This document shows, one piece after another, positions 29,709 through 39,824 of a stretch of 64,000 nt of DNA. A program made the position numbers and the translations under genes. The notes beneath the pieces are model-generated. The model worked only from the letters and a program-made list of their open reading frames with translations, did not search any database and was not told the origin of the DNA. The first letter of the stretch is position 1, and the number at the start of each line of letters is the position of its first letter. This DNA is from an uncultured Prevotella sp. (GTDB lineage: Bacteria > Bacteroidota > Bacteroidia > Bacteroidales > Bacteroidaceae): assembly GCA_902495455.1 (NCBI GenBank), contig CABUXJ010000010.1:15166-79165 (forward strand), in the 5' to 3' direction.

Positions 29709-31043
29709 ATGAACGACAATTTTCTGACAATCCACCGCCAGGAGGCGGGATATAGACCGATACACGACCGGATTCATGATTTCGGCGAAGTGGAGCAGAC
29801 GCTCAACAGTAAGGACCGGCGGACACAGGCATCGCGCTGCATGGACTGCGGCGTGCCGTTCTGCCACTGGGCGTGCCCGCTGGGCAACAAACCGCCGGAG
29901 TGGAACGACGCTCTGGCGCGGGGCGACTATGAGATGGCCTACCGGCTGCTCAACGCGACCAACGATTTCCCCGAGTTCACCGGACGCATCTGCCCGGCGC
30001 TCTGCGAAAAGGCGTGCGTGCTCAATCTCATGGCCCACGAGCCGACGACAAACCGCGAGAACGAGGCCGCCATCACCGAGATGGCTTTTCAGGAGAACTA
30101 TATACATGTTGTCCGACCCGTGCGCAACGGCCGTCGGGTGGCCGTCATCGGTGCCGGTCCGGCCGGACTTGTGGCCGCCAACCGGTTGAACCGCCGGGGC
30201 TACAGCGTGACGGTGTTTGAGCGCAACGAGAATGCCGGCGGACTGCTCCGCTACGGTATCCCCAACTTCAAGCTCAACAAGGCCATCATCGACCGCCGTC
30301 TGCGACTGCTGGAACAGGAGGGCATAGAGTTTCGCTACAATCAGGAGGTAGACCTCGCCGCGCTGCCCGAAGGCTATGACGCATACGTCGTGGCGACAGG
30401 CACGCCGACGGCACGCGACCTGAACGTTCCCGGACGTGAGCTCCGCGGCGTCCACCTCGCTCTGGACATGCTCGCGCAACAGAACCGCATCCTCGCCGGC
30501 ATGGAGTTCAAGAAGGACGAGCTGGTCAACGCCCGCGGCAAGGATGTCCTTGTCATCGGCGGCGGCGACACCGGCAGCGACTGCATCGGCACGGCCCACC
30601 GTCAGGGCTGCCGCAGTGTGACGCAGATCGAAATCATGCCGAAGCCGCCCGTAGGACCGGACGACCCGAACAATCCGTGGCCGAACTTCCCCCGCACGTT
30701 CAAGACGACTTCAAGCCACGAGGAGGGCTGTACCCGCCGCTGGAACATCAATACGCTCGAATTCCTCGGCAAGGACGGCCGCCTCACCGGTGTGCGCGTT
30801 CAGGAGATTGCGTGGAAACCCAATCCCGACGGCGGACGCCCCATCATGGAACCCGTCGGCAAGCCCGAAGTCATCAAGTGTGAGCTCGTCCTGCTCGCCA
30901 TGGGCTTCCTCAAACCCCAGCTGCCGGCGTTCGCCCCCAACGTCTTCATCGCCGGTGACGCCGCCACGGGTGCCTCGCTCGTCGTCCGCGCCATGAGCGG
31001 AGGCCGCAAAGCCGCCGAGGAGGTGGAAAAGTATTTTGAGTGA
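29709..31043 (+). CDS. gltD: Glutamate synthase small subunit
   Basis: RCMDCGVPFC, GRICPA.CE..C, GAGPAG, GGGDTGSDC. Confidence 0.97.
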   Translation: MNDNFLTIHRQEAGYRPIHDRIHDFGEVEQTLNSKDRRTQASRCMDCGVPFCHWACPLGNKPPEWNDALARGDYEMAYRLLNATNDFPEFTGRICPALCEKACVLNLMAHEPTTNRENEAAITEMAFQENYIHVVRPVRNGRRVAVIGAGPAGLVAANRLNRRGYSVTVFERNENAGGLLRYGIPNFKLNKAIIDRRLRLLEQEGIEFRYNQEVDLAALPEGYDAYVVATGTPTARDLNVPGRELRGVHLALDMLAQQNRILAGMEFKKDELVNARGKDVLVIGGGDTGSDCIGTAHRQGCRSVTQIEIMPKPPVGPDDPNNPWPNFPRTFKTTSSHEEGCTRRWNINTLEFLGKDGRLTGVRVQEIAWKPNPDGGRPIMEPVGKPEVIKCELVLLAMGFLKPQLPAFAPNVFIAGDAATGASLVVRAMSGGRKAAEEVEKYFE

Positions 31044-31190
31044 AGAACGAAGAGTGAAGAAGTTGCTGCCGCCGTTCTTAAGTGAAGAATGAAGAGTGAA
31101 AAACGAAGAAGTTGCTGCCGCCGTTCTTAAATGAAGAACGAAGAGTGAAGAACGAAGAAGTTGCTGCCGCCGTTCTTCACTCTTCACTTA
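31038..31190. repeat. TGAAGAG-heptamer repeat with 3x GAAGTTGCTGCCGCCGTTCTT (R5)
   Basis: Three direct copies between convergent genes; a reverse-oriented relative lies at 53782-53927. Confidence 0.85.
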
Positions 31191-32132
31191 TTTTACGCAC
31201 CTCAAATTCCTCTCCAGCTGTGCCGTGCTGCTTGCTCCGACCAGCACCGAGGTGACGGCCTTTTGTTCGAGCACCCACGACAGCGCCCTTTCGGCCAGCG
31301 TCTTTCCCTGCTGCTGCGCCTCGGCGTTGAGTTCGCGCAGACGGGCGAGCAGTTCGGGTGTGAGGACATCCTGCTTGAGGAACTTGCCGCGTGACATGCG
31401 GCTGTCCTCCGGCACACCGTTGAGATAGCGGTCCGTGAGCAGCCCCTGTGCCAATGGCGAGAACGAGATGAAGCCGATGCCCTCACGCTCACAAAGGTCC
31501 GTGATGCCCTCCTCGATAGGTGCGCGGTCGATCATGTTGATGCGTCCCTGATATATCAGCAGCGGTACGTCGCGCTCGCGCAGATATTTGATGGCCGTCT
31601 GCAGAGCCTCAAGCGGCCACCGCGATATGCCGACATACAGAGCCTTGCCGGCGCGCACGACGTCGACCAGCGCCTGAAGCGTCTCTTCGAGCGGCGTCTC
31701 CGGGTCGTAGCGGTGGCTGTAGAAGAGGTCGACATAGTCCAGACGCATGCGCCGCAGACTCTGGTCGAGACTGGCCATGAGATACTTCCGTGAGCCCCAG
31801 TTGCCGTAAGGGCCGTCCCACATGTCATATCCCGCTTTGGTGCTGATGAACAGTTCGTCGCGATAAGGCCGGAAGTCGTCGTCCATCAGCCGCCCCATCG
31901 TCTCCTCGGCACTGCCGTAGGGCGGTCCGTAGTTGTTGGCCAGGTCAAAGTGGGTGATGCCGTGGTCGAAGGCATAGCGCGTTATCTCGCGGCTGCGCGT
32001 GTAGTCGTCGACGCCGCCGAAGTTGTGCCAGAAGCCGAGGCTCACCTTGGGCAACAGCACTCCGCTGCGGCCGCATCTTTTGTATTGCATGCCGTTGTCA
32101 TAACGGCTCTCGTTTGCAACGTATTTTTCCAT
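31188..32132 (-). CDS. Aldo/keto reductase (YghZ/Gpr-like)
   Basis: SLGFWHNFG, FDLANNYGPPYGSAE, ISTKAGY, FSPLAQGLL. Confidence 0.92.
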   Translation of the reverse strand: MEKYVANESRYDNGMQYKRCGRSGVLLPKVSLGFWHNFGGVDDYTRSREITRYAFDHGITHFDLANNYGPPYGSAEETMGRLMDDDFRPYRDELFISTKAGYDMWDGPYGNWGSRKYLMASLDQSLRRMRLDYVDLFYSHRYDPETPLEETLQALVDVVRAGKALYVGISRWPLEALQTAIKYLRERDVPLLIYQGRINMIDRAPIEEGITDLCEREGIGFISFSPLAQGLLTDRYLNGVPEDSRMSRGKFLKQDVLTPELLARLRELNAEAQQQGKTLAERALSWVLEQKAVTSVLVGASSTAQLERNLRCVK

Positions 32133-32214
32133 AAGCAGTCAGTTGTTTTAGTACACATCGCAAAGTTATATAAAAATTTCGAGAAACATCGTCTCCGACG
32201 CAAAAAAGGGAAGA

Positions 32215-32389
32215 CACCCCCAACCCTACAACCACCACAACCCTACAACCCTACAACCCCACAACCCACCCCAACCCTCCCGAAGGGAGGGAGTCTGAAA
32301 TGCTTTAAGGTATTCAAGCTCCCTCCCTTCGGGAGGGTTGGGGTGGGTTGTAGGGTTGTGGGTGTTAGGGGGGTGTAGGGTTGTGGGTG
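32215..32389. repeat. R1 doublet with CTACAACC octamer tails
   Basis: Core inverted pair 32264-32348 with complementary octamer flanks. Confidence 0.9.
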
Positions 32390-32398
32390 TAATATATA

Positions 32399-32922
32399 TT
32401 TACAAAATCATATCCGGAAAAATGCTCAAAGATTTGCGTTTTCATGACCAATAAGGGCCTTATGACTACCAACGGCCCCCTCCGGCTCCCCCAAGGGGGA
32501 GAGACCTGTGGCTTCAAACAACCCTTTAAGGCCCTTACGGCTTTCAAATTTTGCAAAAGTTGGCTGGTTTTTGATTGCTATTTTGAGGTCAAAAAGTGGG
32601 TTTCGTCGAGCAACGGGGCCCCCGCGGGGTTGCAACGAGCACGCCGCCATGTTGCAACGGGGCCGCCGCCAGAGAGCAATAGCAGCCCCGTTGCAGAGCA
32701 ATAAGGCCCTTACGGGAGGGCCTCACCCCGCCCTCCCCAAGGAGAGGGAGACCTGTGCGATTGTAAGTGGTTGTATGATAACCAGTTGCAAAATCGGGTG
32801 GTTTTCCGTCAAAAAAACCGCCCGATTTTGACCTTCGTGAGATTTGAAAATTTGGGAGCATGGCAGGATTTTTTTCAAAAGTGGGCCTGAAAAACGGCCT
32901 TAAATTCAGAATTTTTCTTACA
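32399..32922 (+). repeat. Long dispersed element L, copy 2
   Basis: Collinear with copy 1. Confidence 0.9.
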
Positions 32923-33073
32923 TAGCCGTCCGGTCGCCGGCGTGGTGGCCGCCTTCGGCATGTCCAAATGCAGTGATGATGCGTCTTTCGCTTGTTTTCG
33001 GCAATCTTATCCAAATTCGTCGGTCATAATTCATAATTCATAATTTATAATTGGTTTTGTCCCTAAATTGTGC

Positions 33074-33081
33074 TACCTTTG
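33074..33081 (+). promoter_or_regulatory. Bacteroidetes -7 promoter box for metG
   Basis: TACCTTTG; supports a start at 33130 rather than 33070. Confidence 0.6.
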
Positions 33082-33129
33082 CACCTTATTAATGTAGACA
33101 ATAAGAAATCAATATACAAACCGAACGAA

Positions 33130-35175
33130 ATGGAACATAAACAATACAAACGCACCACCGTCACGGCTGCGCTACCCTACGCCAACGGCGGTGTTCACAT
33201 CGGCCACTTGGCCGGAGTCTATGTACCGGCGGACATCTACGTGCGCTATCTGAGGCTCAAAGGACAGGACGTCATCTTCATCTGCGGAAGCGACGAGCAC
33301 GGTGTGCCAATCACCATCCGCGCCCGCAAGGAGGGCATCACGCCCCAGGACGTCGTAGACCGCTACCACTCAATCATCAAGAAGAGCTTCGAGGACTTCG
33401 GCATCTCGTTTGACATCTACAGCCGCACGACTTCGGAGACACACAGCAAACTGGCCTCCGACTTCTTCAAGAAGCTCTATGACGACGGCAAGCTCATCGA
33501 GCAGGTGTCGGAGCAGTATTACGACGAGGAGGCCCGGCAGTTCCTCGCCGACAGATATATCACGGGCGAATGTCCCCACTGCCACAACCCCAAGGCCTAC
33601 GGCGACCAGTGTGAGAAATGCGGCAGCGACCTCGACCCGACCGAACTCATCAATCCGCAGTCGGCCATCAGCGGCTCCGCACCCGTTCTGAAGAAGACCA
33701 AGAACTGGTATCTGCCGCTCAACGAATATCAGCAGTGGCTCAAAGAGTGGATTCTCGACGGCCACAAGGAGTGGCGTCCCAACGTCTACGGACAGTGCAA
33801 GAGCTGGCTCGACCTCGACCTCCAGCCCCGCGCCATGACCCGCGACCTCGACTGGGGCATACCCGTGCCTGTCGAAGGCGGCGAGGGAAAGGTGCTCTAC
33901 GTCTGGTTTGACGCCCCCATCGGATATATATCCAATACGAAAGAGCTCCTGCCCGACACGTGGGAGAAGTGGTGGAAGGACCCCGAGACACGCCTCATCC
34001 ACTTCATCGGCAAGGACAACATCGTCTTCCACTGCATCGTCTTCCCCACCATGCTCAAGGCCCACGGCGGCTATATCCTGCCCGAGAACGTGCCGGCCAA
34101 CGAGTTCCTCAATCTGGAGAACGACAAGATATCGACCTCACGCAACTGGGCCGTATGGCTTCACGAATATCTCGAGGACATGCCCGGCAAGCAGGACGTC
34201 ATGCGCTATGTCCTCACCGCCAACGCCCCCGAGACCAAGGACAACAACTTCACGTGGCGGGACTTCCAGGACCGCAACAACAACGAGCTGGTCGCTGTCT
34301 ACGGCAACTTCGTCAACCGCGCGCTCCAGCTCACGAAGAAGTATTGGGCGGGAGTCGTTCCGGAGTGCGGCGAACTGACCGACACCGACCGCGCGACGCT
34401 CGACGAGTTCAAGGACGTGAAGGCGCGTGTCGAGGAGAACCTCGATGTCTTCAAGTTCCGCGAGGCTCTTAAGGAGGCCATGAACCTCGCCCGCATCGGC
34501 AACCGCTACATCACCGAGTGTGAACCGTGGAAGGTCTGGAAGACCGACCCCAAGCGCGTGGAGACCATTCTCTACATCTCGCTCCAGCTCGTGGCCAATC
34601 TGGCCATCGCCTTCGAACCGTTCCTGCCGTTCAGCAGCGCCCGTCTGCGCCGCATGCTCAACGTGGAGAAGTTTGAGTGGGACAGCCTCGGCAGCACCGA
34701 ACTGCTCCGTCCGGGCCACCAGTTGGCCGAACCGGAACTGCTCTTCGAGAAGATTGAGGACGAGGCCATCGCCTATCAGCTCAACAAGCTCGAAGAAGCC
34801 AAGAAGGCCAACGCCGCCGCAGCATACAAAGCAGAGCCCATAAAGGCTCCCGTGACATTCGAGGATTTCGAGAAACTCGACATCCGCGTCGGCCACATCA
34901 AGCACTGCGAGAAAGTCAAGAAGGCCAACAAGCTGCTCAAATTCACCATCGACGACGGCTCCGGCACCGACCGCACCATCGTCAGCGGCATCGCCAAGTT
35001 CTACGAACCCGAAGAGCTCATCGGCAAGGACGTGCTCTTCATCGCCAACTTCCCGCCCCGCAAGCTCATGGGCATAGAGAGTCAGGGCATGATTCTCTCG
35101 GCCGAGAACTTCGACGGAAGCCTCAGCGTGACGTCAATCCTGCGCGGGGTAAAGCCCGGAAGCAAGGTCTGCTGA
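33130..35175 (+). CDS. metG: Methionine--tRNA ligase
   Basis: ALPYANG, HIGH, zinc knuckle, KISTS, C-terminal tRNA-binding domain. Confidence 0.98.
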   Translation: MEHKQYKRTTVTAALPYANGGVHIGHLAGVYVPADIYVRYLRLKGQDVIFICGSDEHGVPITIRARKEGITPQDVVDRYHSIIKKSFEDFGISFDIYSRTTSETHSKLASDFFKKLYDDGKLIEQVSEQYYDEEARQFLADRYITGECPHCHNPKAYGDQCEKCGSDLDPTELINPQSAISGSAPVLKKTKNWYLPLNEYQQWLKEWILDGHKEWRPNVYGQCKSWLDLDLQPRAMTRDLDWGIPVPVEGGEGKVLYVWFDAPIGYISNTKELLPDTWEKWWKDPETRLIHFIGKDNIVFHCIVFPTMLKAHGGYILPENVPANEFLNLENDKISTSRNWAVWLHEYLEDMPGKQDVMRYVLTANAPETKDNNFTWRDFQDRNNNELVAVYGNFVNRALQLTKKYWAGVVPECGELTDTDRATLDEFKDVKARVEENLDVFKFREALKEAMNLARIGNRYITECEPWKVWKTDPKRVETILYISLQLVANLAIAFEPFLPFSSARLRRMLNVEKFEWDSLGSTELLRPGHQLAEPELLFEKIEDEAIAYQLNKLEEAKKANAAAAYKAEPIKAPVTFEDFEKLDIRVGHIKHCEKVKKANKLLKFTIDDGSGTDRTIVSGIAKFYEPEELIGKDVLFIANFPPRKLMGIESQGMILSAENFDGSLSVTSILRGVKPGSKVC

Positions 35176-35245
35176 CGACATATCTGTTGCGCCGCCACGT
35201 AAAGACGCAACAAACGCCGGATAAAGAATCGGAGTGTTAAGCATC

Positions 35246-35332
35246 GTAGGGACATATTCTTGTATTTGTCCGCCATATAAATGTTGGTATTCAACGTATG
35301 GCAGACGGACAAATACAAGAATATGTCCCTAC
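35246..35332. repeat. GTAG-type REP doublet (R2), copy 2
   Basis: Same arms as 13582-13658 with a different spacer. Confidence 0.9.
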
Positions 35333-35556
35333 TTTTTGCAGTATTCTATCCTGACATATACTTATTGTATATACGTAATTAAATGTTTCCCATCACATCT
35401 TTGCCATATCCTCAGAGGCGTTCAGGAGTGTGGCGGCGTGGCGTTCAGGGCGAAAAAACGGCTTTTTTCTTTGATTATCACCCGATAAATATTAATTTTG
35501 CGCAGTAATCTTAACGTTATCCGGCTGCACGCGGATAATCGTCTGAACGGTAAACG

Positions 35557-36996
35557 ATGGAGTCATTAAAGGAAAAGACAGCCAACAGCCTGCTGTGGGG
35601 CGGCATCAGCAACGGAGGGCAACAGCTTCTGGGATTGATCTTCGGCATAATTCTCGGACGTCTGCTGACACCCGACGACTATGGCATGATAGCCATGATA
35701 ACGGTCTTTTCCATGATTGCAAATGAGCTGCAGAACAGCGGTTTCAAGGCCGCGCTGGCCAATCTCGACCATCCCACGGACCGCGACTACAACTCCGTGT
35801 TCTGGTTCAACATCCTGATGAGTTCCACGCTGTATGTCATTCTCTTTTTCGCGGCTCCGCTGATAGCCGCCTGCTATCATACGCCCGAACTGACACCGCT
35901 GTGCCGTTACGCTTTCCTCAATTTCGTTTTCGCCAGCCTGGGCACGGCCCAGGCCGCCTATCTGTTCAAGAACCTCAAGGTCAAGCAACAGGCAAAGACC
36001 GGTCTGACGGCCGTGCTGACCTCGTGCGTGGTGGGAACGGTGATGGCGCTGGCGGGCTTCTCCTATTGGGCTCTGGCAACGCAGAACCTTGTTTTCATCG
36101 CCGTCAACACCACTCTGCTGTGGCATTATTCCCCGTGGCGGCCCTCATTCCGCATCGACTTCGGTCCGGTCAGGCAGATGTTCCGCTTCAGCAGCAAACT
36201 CCTTCTTTCGGGAATAATAACCCAAATCAACACCAATGTGCTCAATGTGCTGCTCGGACTGTACTTCTCGCCGCGCGACACGGGCTACTACAATCAGGCT
36301 TACCAGTGGAACACGAAGTGCTGTCTGCTCCTTCAGGGAATGATACAGATGGTCGCCCAACCCGTGTTTGTGGAGCTGCGGAATGACAGCGACCGCCAGT
36401 TGGCCGTCCTGCGCAAGCTCATCCGTTTCACGGCTTTCATCTCCTTTCCGCTTCTGCTCGGTTTCGGGTTAGTGGCACGCGAATTCATCCTTATCACCAT
36501 CACCGACTGCTGGGAAACCAGCGCCTCACTGCTCAAGATATTGTGCGTCTGCGGCGGGTTCATGCCGCTCAGCACTCTACTGTCCCAGATAATAGTGAGC
36601 AAAGGACGCTCGTCGGTCTTCATGTGGTGCAACGTCACCTTGGGACTTGTCCAGATAGCGCTCATGACAATGCTCTATCCCTACGGCATACGCACGATGG
36701 TGTCCGTATATGCCGCCCTCAACATACTTTGGTTCTTCGTATGGCACTACTTTGCCGGCCGGCTCACGGGCTACCGGCTCACGATGGTGCTCGCCGACAT
36801 CCTGCCTTTCGGCCTTTCGGCTCTGGCGGTGATGACCGTCACGGGGCTCGTGACGTCGCCTTTAGAAGATCTCCGCCTGCTGCTCGCGAGCCGCATCGCC
36901 GTCGCTGCCGTGCTCTACTACGGTATCATGCGTCTGGTCAGCCCCGGGACGCTGGACGAGTGTCTGAAGTTCATCCGGGCGAAGATGGGGCGGTGA
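35557..36996 (+). CDS. wzx: Wzx-type oligosaccharide flippase
   Basis: MESLKEKT, LGRLLTPDDYG, about 12 TM segments. Confidence 0.88.
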   Translation: MESLKEKTANSLLWGGISNGGQQLLGLIFGIILGRLLTPDDYGMIAMITVFSMIANELQNSGFKAALANLDHPTDRDYNSVFWFNILMSSTLYVILFFAAPLIAACYHTPELTPLCRYAFLNFVFASLGTAQAAYLFKNLKVKQQAKTGLTAVLTSCVVGTVMALAGFSYWALATQNLVFIAVNTTLLWHYSPWRPSFRIDFGPVRQMFRFSSKLLLSGIITQINTNVLNVLLGLYFSPRDTGYYNQAYQWNTKCCLLLQGMIQMVAQPVFVELRNDSDRQLAVLRKLIRFTAFISFPLLLGFGLVAREFILITITDCWETSASLLKILCVCGGFMPLSTLLSQIIVSKGRSSVFMWCNVTLGLVQIALMTMLYPYGIRTMVSVYAALNILWFFVWHYFAGRLTGYRLTMVLADILPFGLSALAVMTVTGLVTSPLEDLRLLLASRIAVAAVLYYGIMRLVSPGTLDECLKFIRAKMGR

Positions 36997-37051
36997 CGTG
37001 GCTGACGGCCGACAACGGGAAGGAACAGACATCAAGAAAGACATAAAGAAC

Positions 37052-37996
37052 ATGGCAAGACTGGCATTTCTCATATCCGTACATACTGACGCAGAACATC
37101 TGCGCCGCCTCCTCGGCAGTCTGCCAAGGGAGGCGGACAAGTATATCCACGTCGATCTCAAGGCCGACATCGACTGCTTTACCGCCGTGACGGACGACCC
37201 GCGGGCACATTTCACGACCCGCCGCACGAACATCGTGTGGGGCAGTGTGCTGCAGGTGGAATATCAGATGCAGCTCATCCGTGACGTGCTGGACAGCGGA
37301 CGGGAATATGACTACCTGATAAGCATGAGCGGACAGGACTATCCGCTGTGGGGCAACGCCCGCATCAACCGCTTCTTCGACGCTGTCGGAGGCCGCGAGA
37401 TACTCCACGGGATATGTCTCGCGGGACTGGATTATGCCCGCCGGGACTACACCGTCTACCGCCCGCTGAACGACCGGCCGTGGCCGTTCGGGTCGTTGAG
37501 GAGCAAGCTGCGCGTGGCCCTGCGCCATCTGCTGAAGGCCGTCGGCGTGCGCAAACAGCTCTCGTTCACCGCCGGAGGCCGTCACTACCGTCTGCACAAG
37601 GGCGGTTCGTGGTGGGCCATAACGCCGCGGCTGGCACGCCACGCTCTGGCAGAGTGGGAGGGGAACAGCGCTTTGAGGAGATATTTCCGCACGTCGTTTG
37701 CCCCGGATGAGACGTTCCTGCAGACCGTGGCCTTCTCCAACAGCGAGTTTGCGCCGCGCTGCACGCTCCATGAGGGCGACTACCGGTCGCTGGCCGCGCT
37801 TACACCGCTGACGTACATAGACTACAACCCCGTGATAAAGATACTCACCGAGGAGGATTTCCCGACGCTTGTGGCCTCCGGAAAGATGTTCTGCCGCAAG
37901 ACCGTCACGGGTCGCAGCGACAGCCTGATGGACATGATTGACGCCCAGCGGGCAGAGGAGGACGCGGCAATGGAAGGCGCTGACGAAATCAAATGA
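37052..37996 (+). CDS. GT14 (core-2/I-branching) glycosyltransferase
   Basis: LAFLISVH, YIHVD, WG, SGQDYP, GGSWW, PDETFLQT. Confidence 0.85.
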   Translation: MARLAFLISVHTDAEHLRRLLGSLPREADKYIHVDLKADIDCFTAVTDDPRAHFTTRRTNIVWGSVLQVEYQMQLIRDVLDSGREYDYLISMSGQDYPLWGNARINRFFDAVGGREILHGICLAGLDYARRDYTVYRPLNDRPWPFGSLRSKLRVALRHLLKAVGVRKQLSFTAGGRHYRLHKGGSWWAITPRLARHALAEWEGNSALRRYFRTSFAPDETFLQTVAFSNSEFAPRCTLHEGDYRSLAALTPLTYIDYNPVIKILTEEDFPTLVASGKMFCRKTVTGRSDSLMDMIDAQRAEEDAAMEGADEIK

Positions 37997-38019
37997 AATG
38001 TAAAAACACAACTGACATT

Positions 38020-38853
38020 ATGATACAACAATATACTGACGACGAACTTTCGCGGCTGCACGACACTCTCTATGAGATATTGGCAGAGGTGGCGCGCGTC
38101 TGCGACAAGCTCGGCATACACTATTTCATCATCGGCGGCACCGGCATCGGCGCTTTCTTCTGGGACCGCATACTCCCGTGGGACGACGACATCGACATCG
38201 GCATGACCCGCGACAACTACGAGCGCTTCCTCGCCGAGGCTCCCGCCGAACTGGGTGAGCGCTATTTCCTGCAGTGGTTCAAGACGGACGGACGCGTGCC
38301 GTTCTTCTTCGCCAAGGTCAGAAAGAACGGCACGCTCTTCACCGAGAGCCTCGTCAAGGACATCCCGATGCACCACGGCATCTACGTCGACATCTTCCCG
38401 TTCGACAACATCCCGCAGAACCGCATGCTGGAGAAGCTGCAATACAATGCGCTGGGCTTCCTCAACGCCTGCTTCATAGCCAAGGAGATATGGCAGTGGC
38501 GCTGGTGCGGGCGCTGCTCGCTGCCGGAACCTCATCCGCGCGGCTTCATCCCCTGTCTCATAACGCGCATCATCAACACGCTGCTGCCGAAGCGCGCGAT
38601 ATTCCGCATGATGACGATGGTCCAGACGATGTTCAACGGCCGGCCGACACGCTACTGCAAGAACATCGTGACACCGTCGGAACGTGTCCTGCGCGAGCAT
38701 GTCGACCATCCGCGCATGGTGACCCTCGGCCCTCTGACGGTGGCCGCGCCATACGATCTCGAAGCCTATCTGCACGACCATTACCCCGTTCTCGAAAAGC
38801 ATATTCCGAAGGAACAGCAGGTCAACCACCGCCCCGACAGGTTGGAGTTTTGA
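38020..38853 (+). CDS. LicD-family phosphotransferase
   Basis: GGT.IGA, ILPWDDDIDIGM.R, VDIFPFD. Confidence 0.9.
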   Translation: MIQQYTDDELSRLHDTLYEILAEVARVCDKLGIHYFIIGGTGIGAFFWDRILPWDDDIDIGMTRDNYERFLAEAPAELGERYFLQWFKTDGRVPFFFAKVRKNGTLFTESLVKDIPMHHGIYVDIFPFDNIPQNRMLEKLQYNALGFLNACFIAKEIWQWRWCGRCSLPEPHPRGFIPCLITRIINTLLPKRAIFRMMTMVQTMFNGRPTRYCKNIVTPSERVLREHVDHPRMVTLGPLTVAAPYDLEAYLHDHYPVLEKHIPKEQQVNHRPDRLEF

Positions 38854-38861
38854 GGGAAACA

Positions 38862-38946
38862 ACCCACCCCAACCCTCCCGAAGGGAGGGAGTTTGATATG
38901 CTTTAAGGTATTCAAACTCCCTCCCTTCGGGAGGGTTGGGGTGGGT
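38862..38946. repeat. R1 REP-like doublet
   Basis: Inverted pair 9 nt after the LicD stop. Confidence 0.9.
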
Positions 38947-39006
38947 TTTTAGGTGGGTATTAGGTGGATTGTCGGTGGTCATTCATTGGTTTGTCGTATG
39001 ATATAT

Positions 39007-39531
39007 CTTTACAAAATCATGTTCGGGAAAATGCTTGAAGTTTTGCGTTTTCATGACCAATAAGGGCCTTAAAGGACACAAAAGCCCCCTTCGGCTCCCC
39101 CAAGAAGGAGAGACCTGCGGCTTCAAACAACCCTTTAAGGCCCTTACGGCTTTTCATTTTTGCAAAACTTCGCGAGTTTTTGATTGCTATTTTGGGGTCA
39201 AAAAGTGTCCGGCGTCGAACAATAAGGGCCCCGCGGGGTTGCAACGAGCACGCCGTCATGTTGCAACGGCGGCCCCGTTAGGATGCAATAGCAGCCCCGT
39301 TGCAGAGCAATAAGGCCGCCGCGGGGGCCCCACCCGACCCTCCCCAAGGGGAGGGAGGACCTTACTGATTGTAAATGGTTGTAGAACAACGCTTTGCAAA
39401 AACGGTGGTTCCACCGCAAAAAAATAGCGACAAAAATGCCCTTCGTGAGATTTGAAAATTTGGGAGCGTGGCGGGAATTTTTTCAAAAGTGCCCCCGGAT
39501 TTTGCGGTTAAATTCCGAATTAATTTGACAA
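39007..39531 (+). repeat. Long dispersed element L, copy 3
   Basis: Collinear with copy 1; followed by ACGCAAAG octamers and an R1-type hairpin (39575-39617). Confidence 0.9.
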
Positions 39532-39824
39532 GGGATGTTTATTTTAAACGCAAAGGACGCAAAGACGCAAAAAGGGGGCCCCACCCCGACCCTCCCCAAG
39601 GGGAGGGTGCCTACGAGATGAAGAACGAAAGCCCTTACATATAACATATATAACCAGCGAGTAACATATATAACCAGCGAGACAAGGAGGCTGTCGTGAC
39701 GGGTCGCAACCATACGATGGGATGTGTACACGGGCTTGGACATATCCGGCTCCCTCCCTTCGGGAGGGTTGGGGTGGGTGTTAGGTGGGTTGGGGTGGGT
39801 ATCAGGTGGGTTGTGGGCCGTTTT

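Noticed and set aside
31038..31190. Possible mini-CRISPR (three 21-bp repeats)
   Set aside because: The spacers are themselves heptamer repeats of unequal length, and there is no leader or cas gene.
39642..39681. Perfect 20-bp tandem duplication TAACATATATAACCAGCGAG
   Set aside because: Only two units and no other copy seen; likely a local slippage event.
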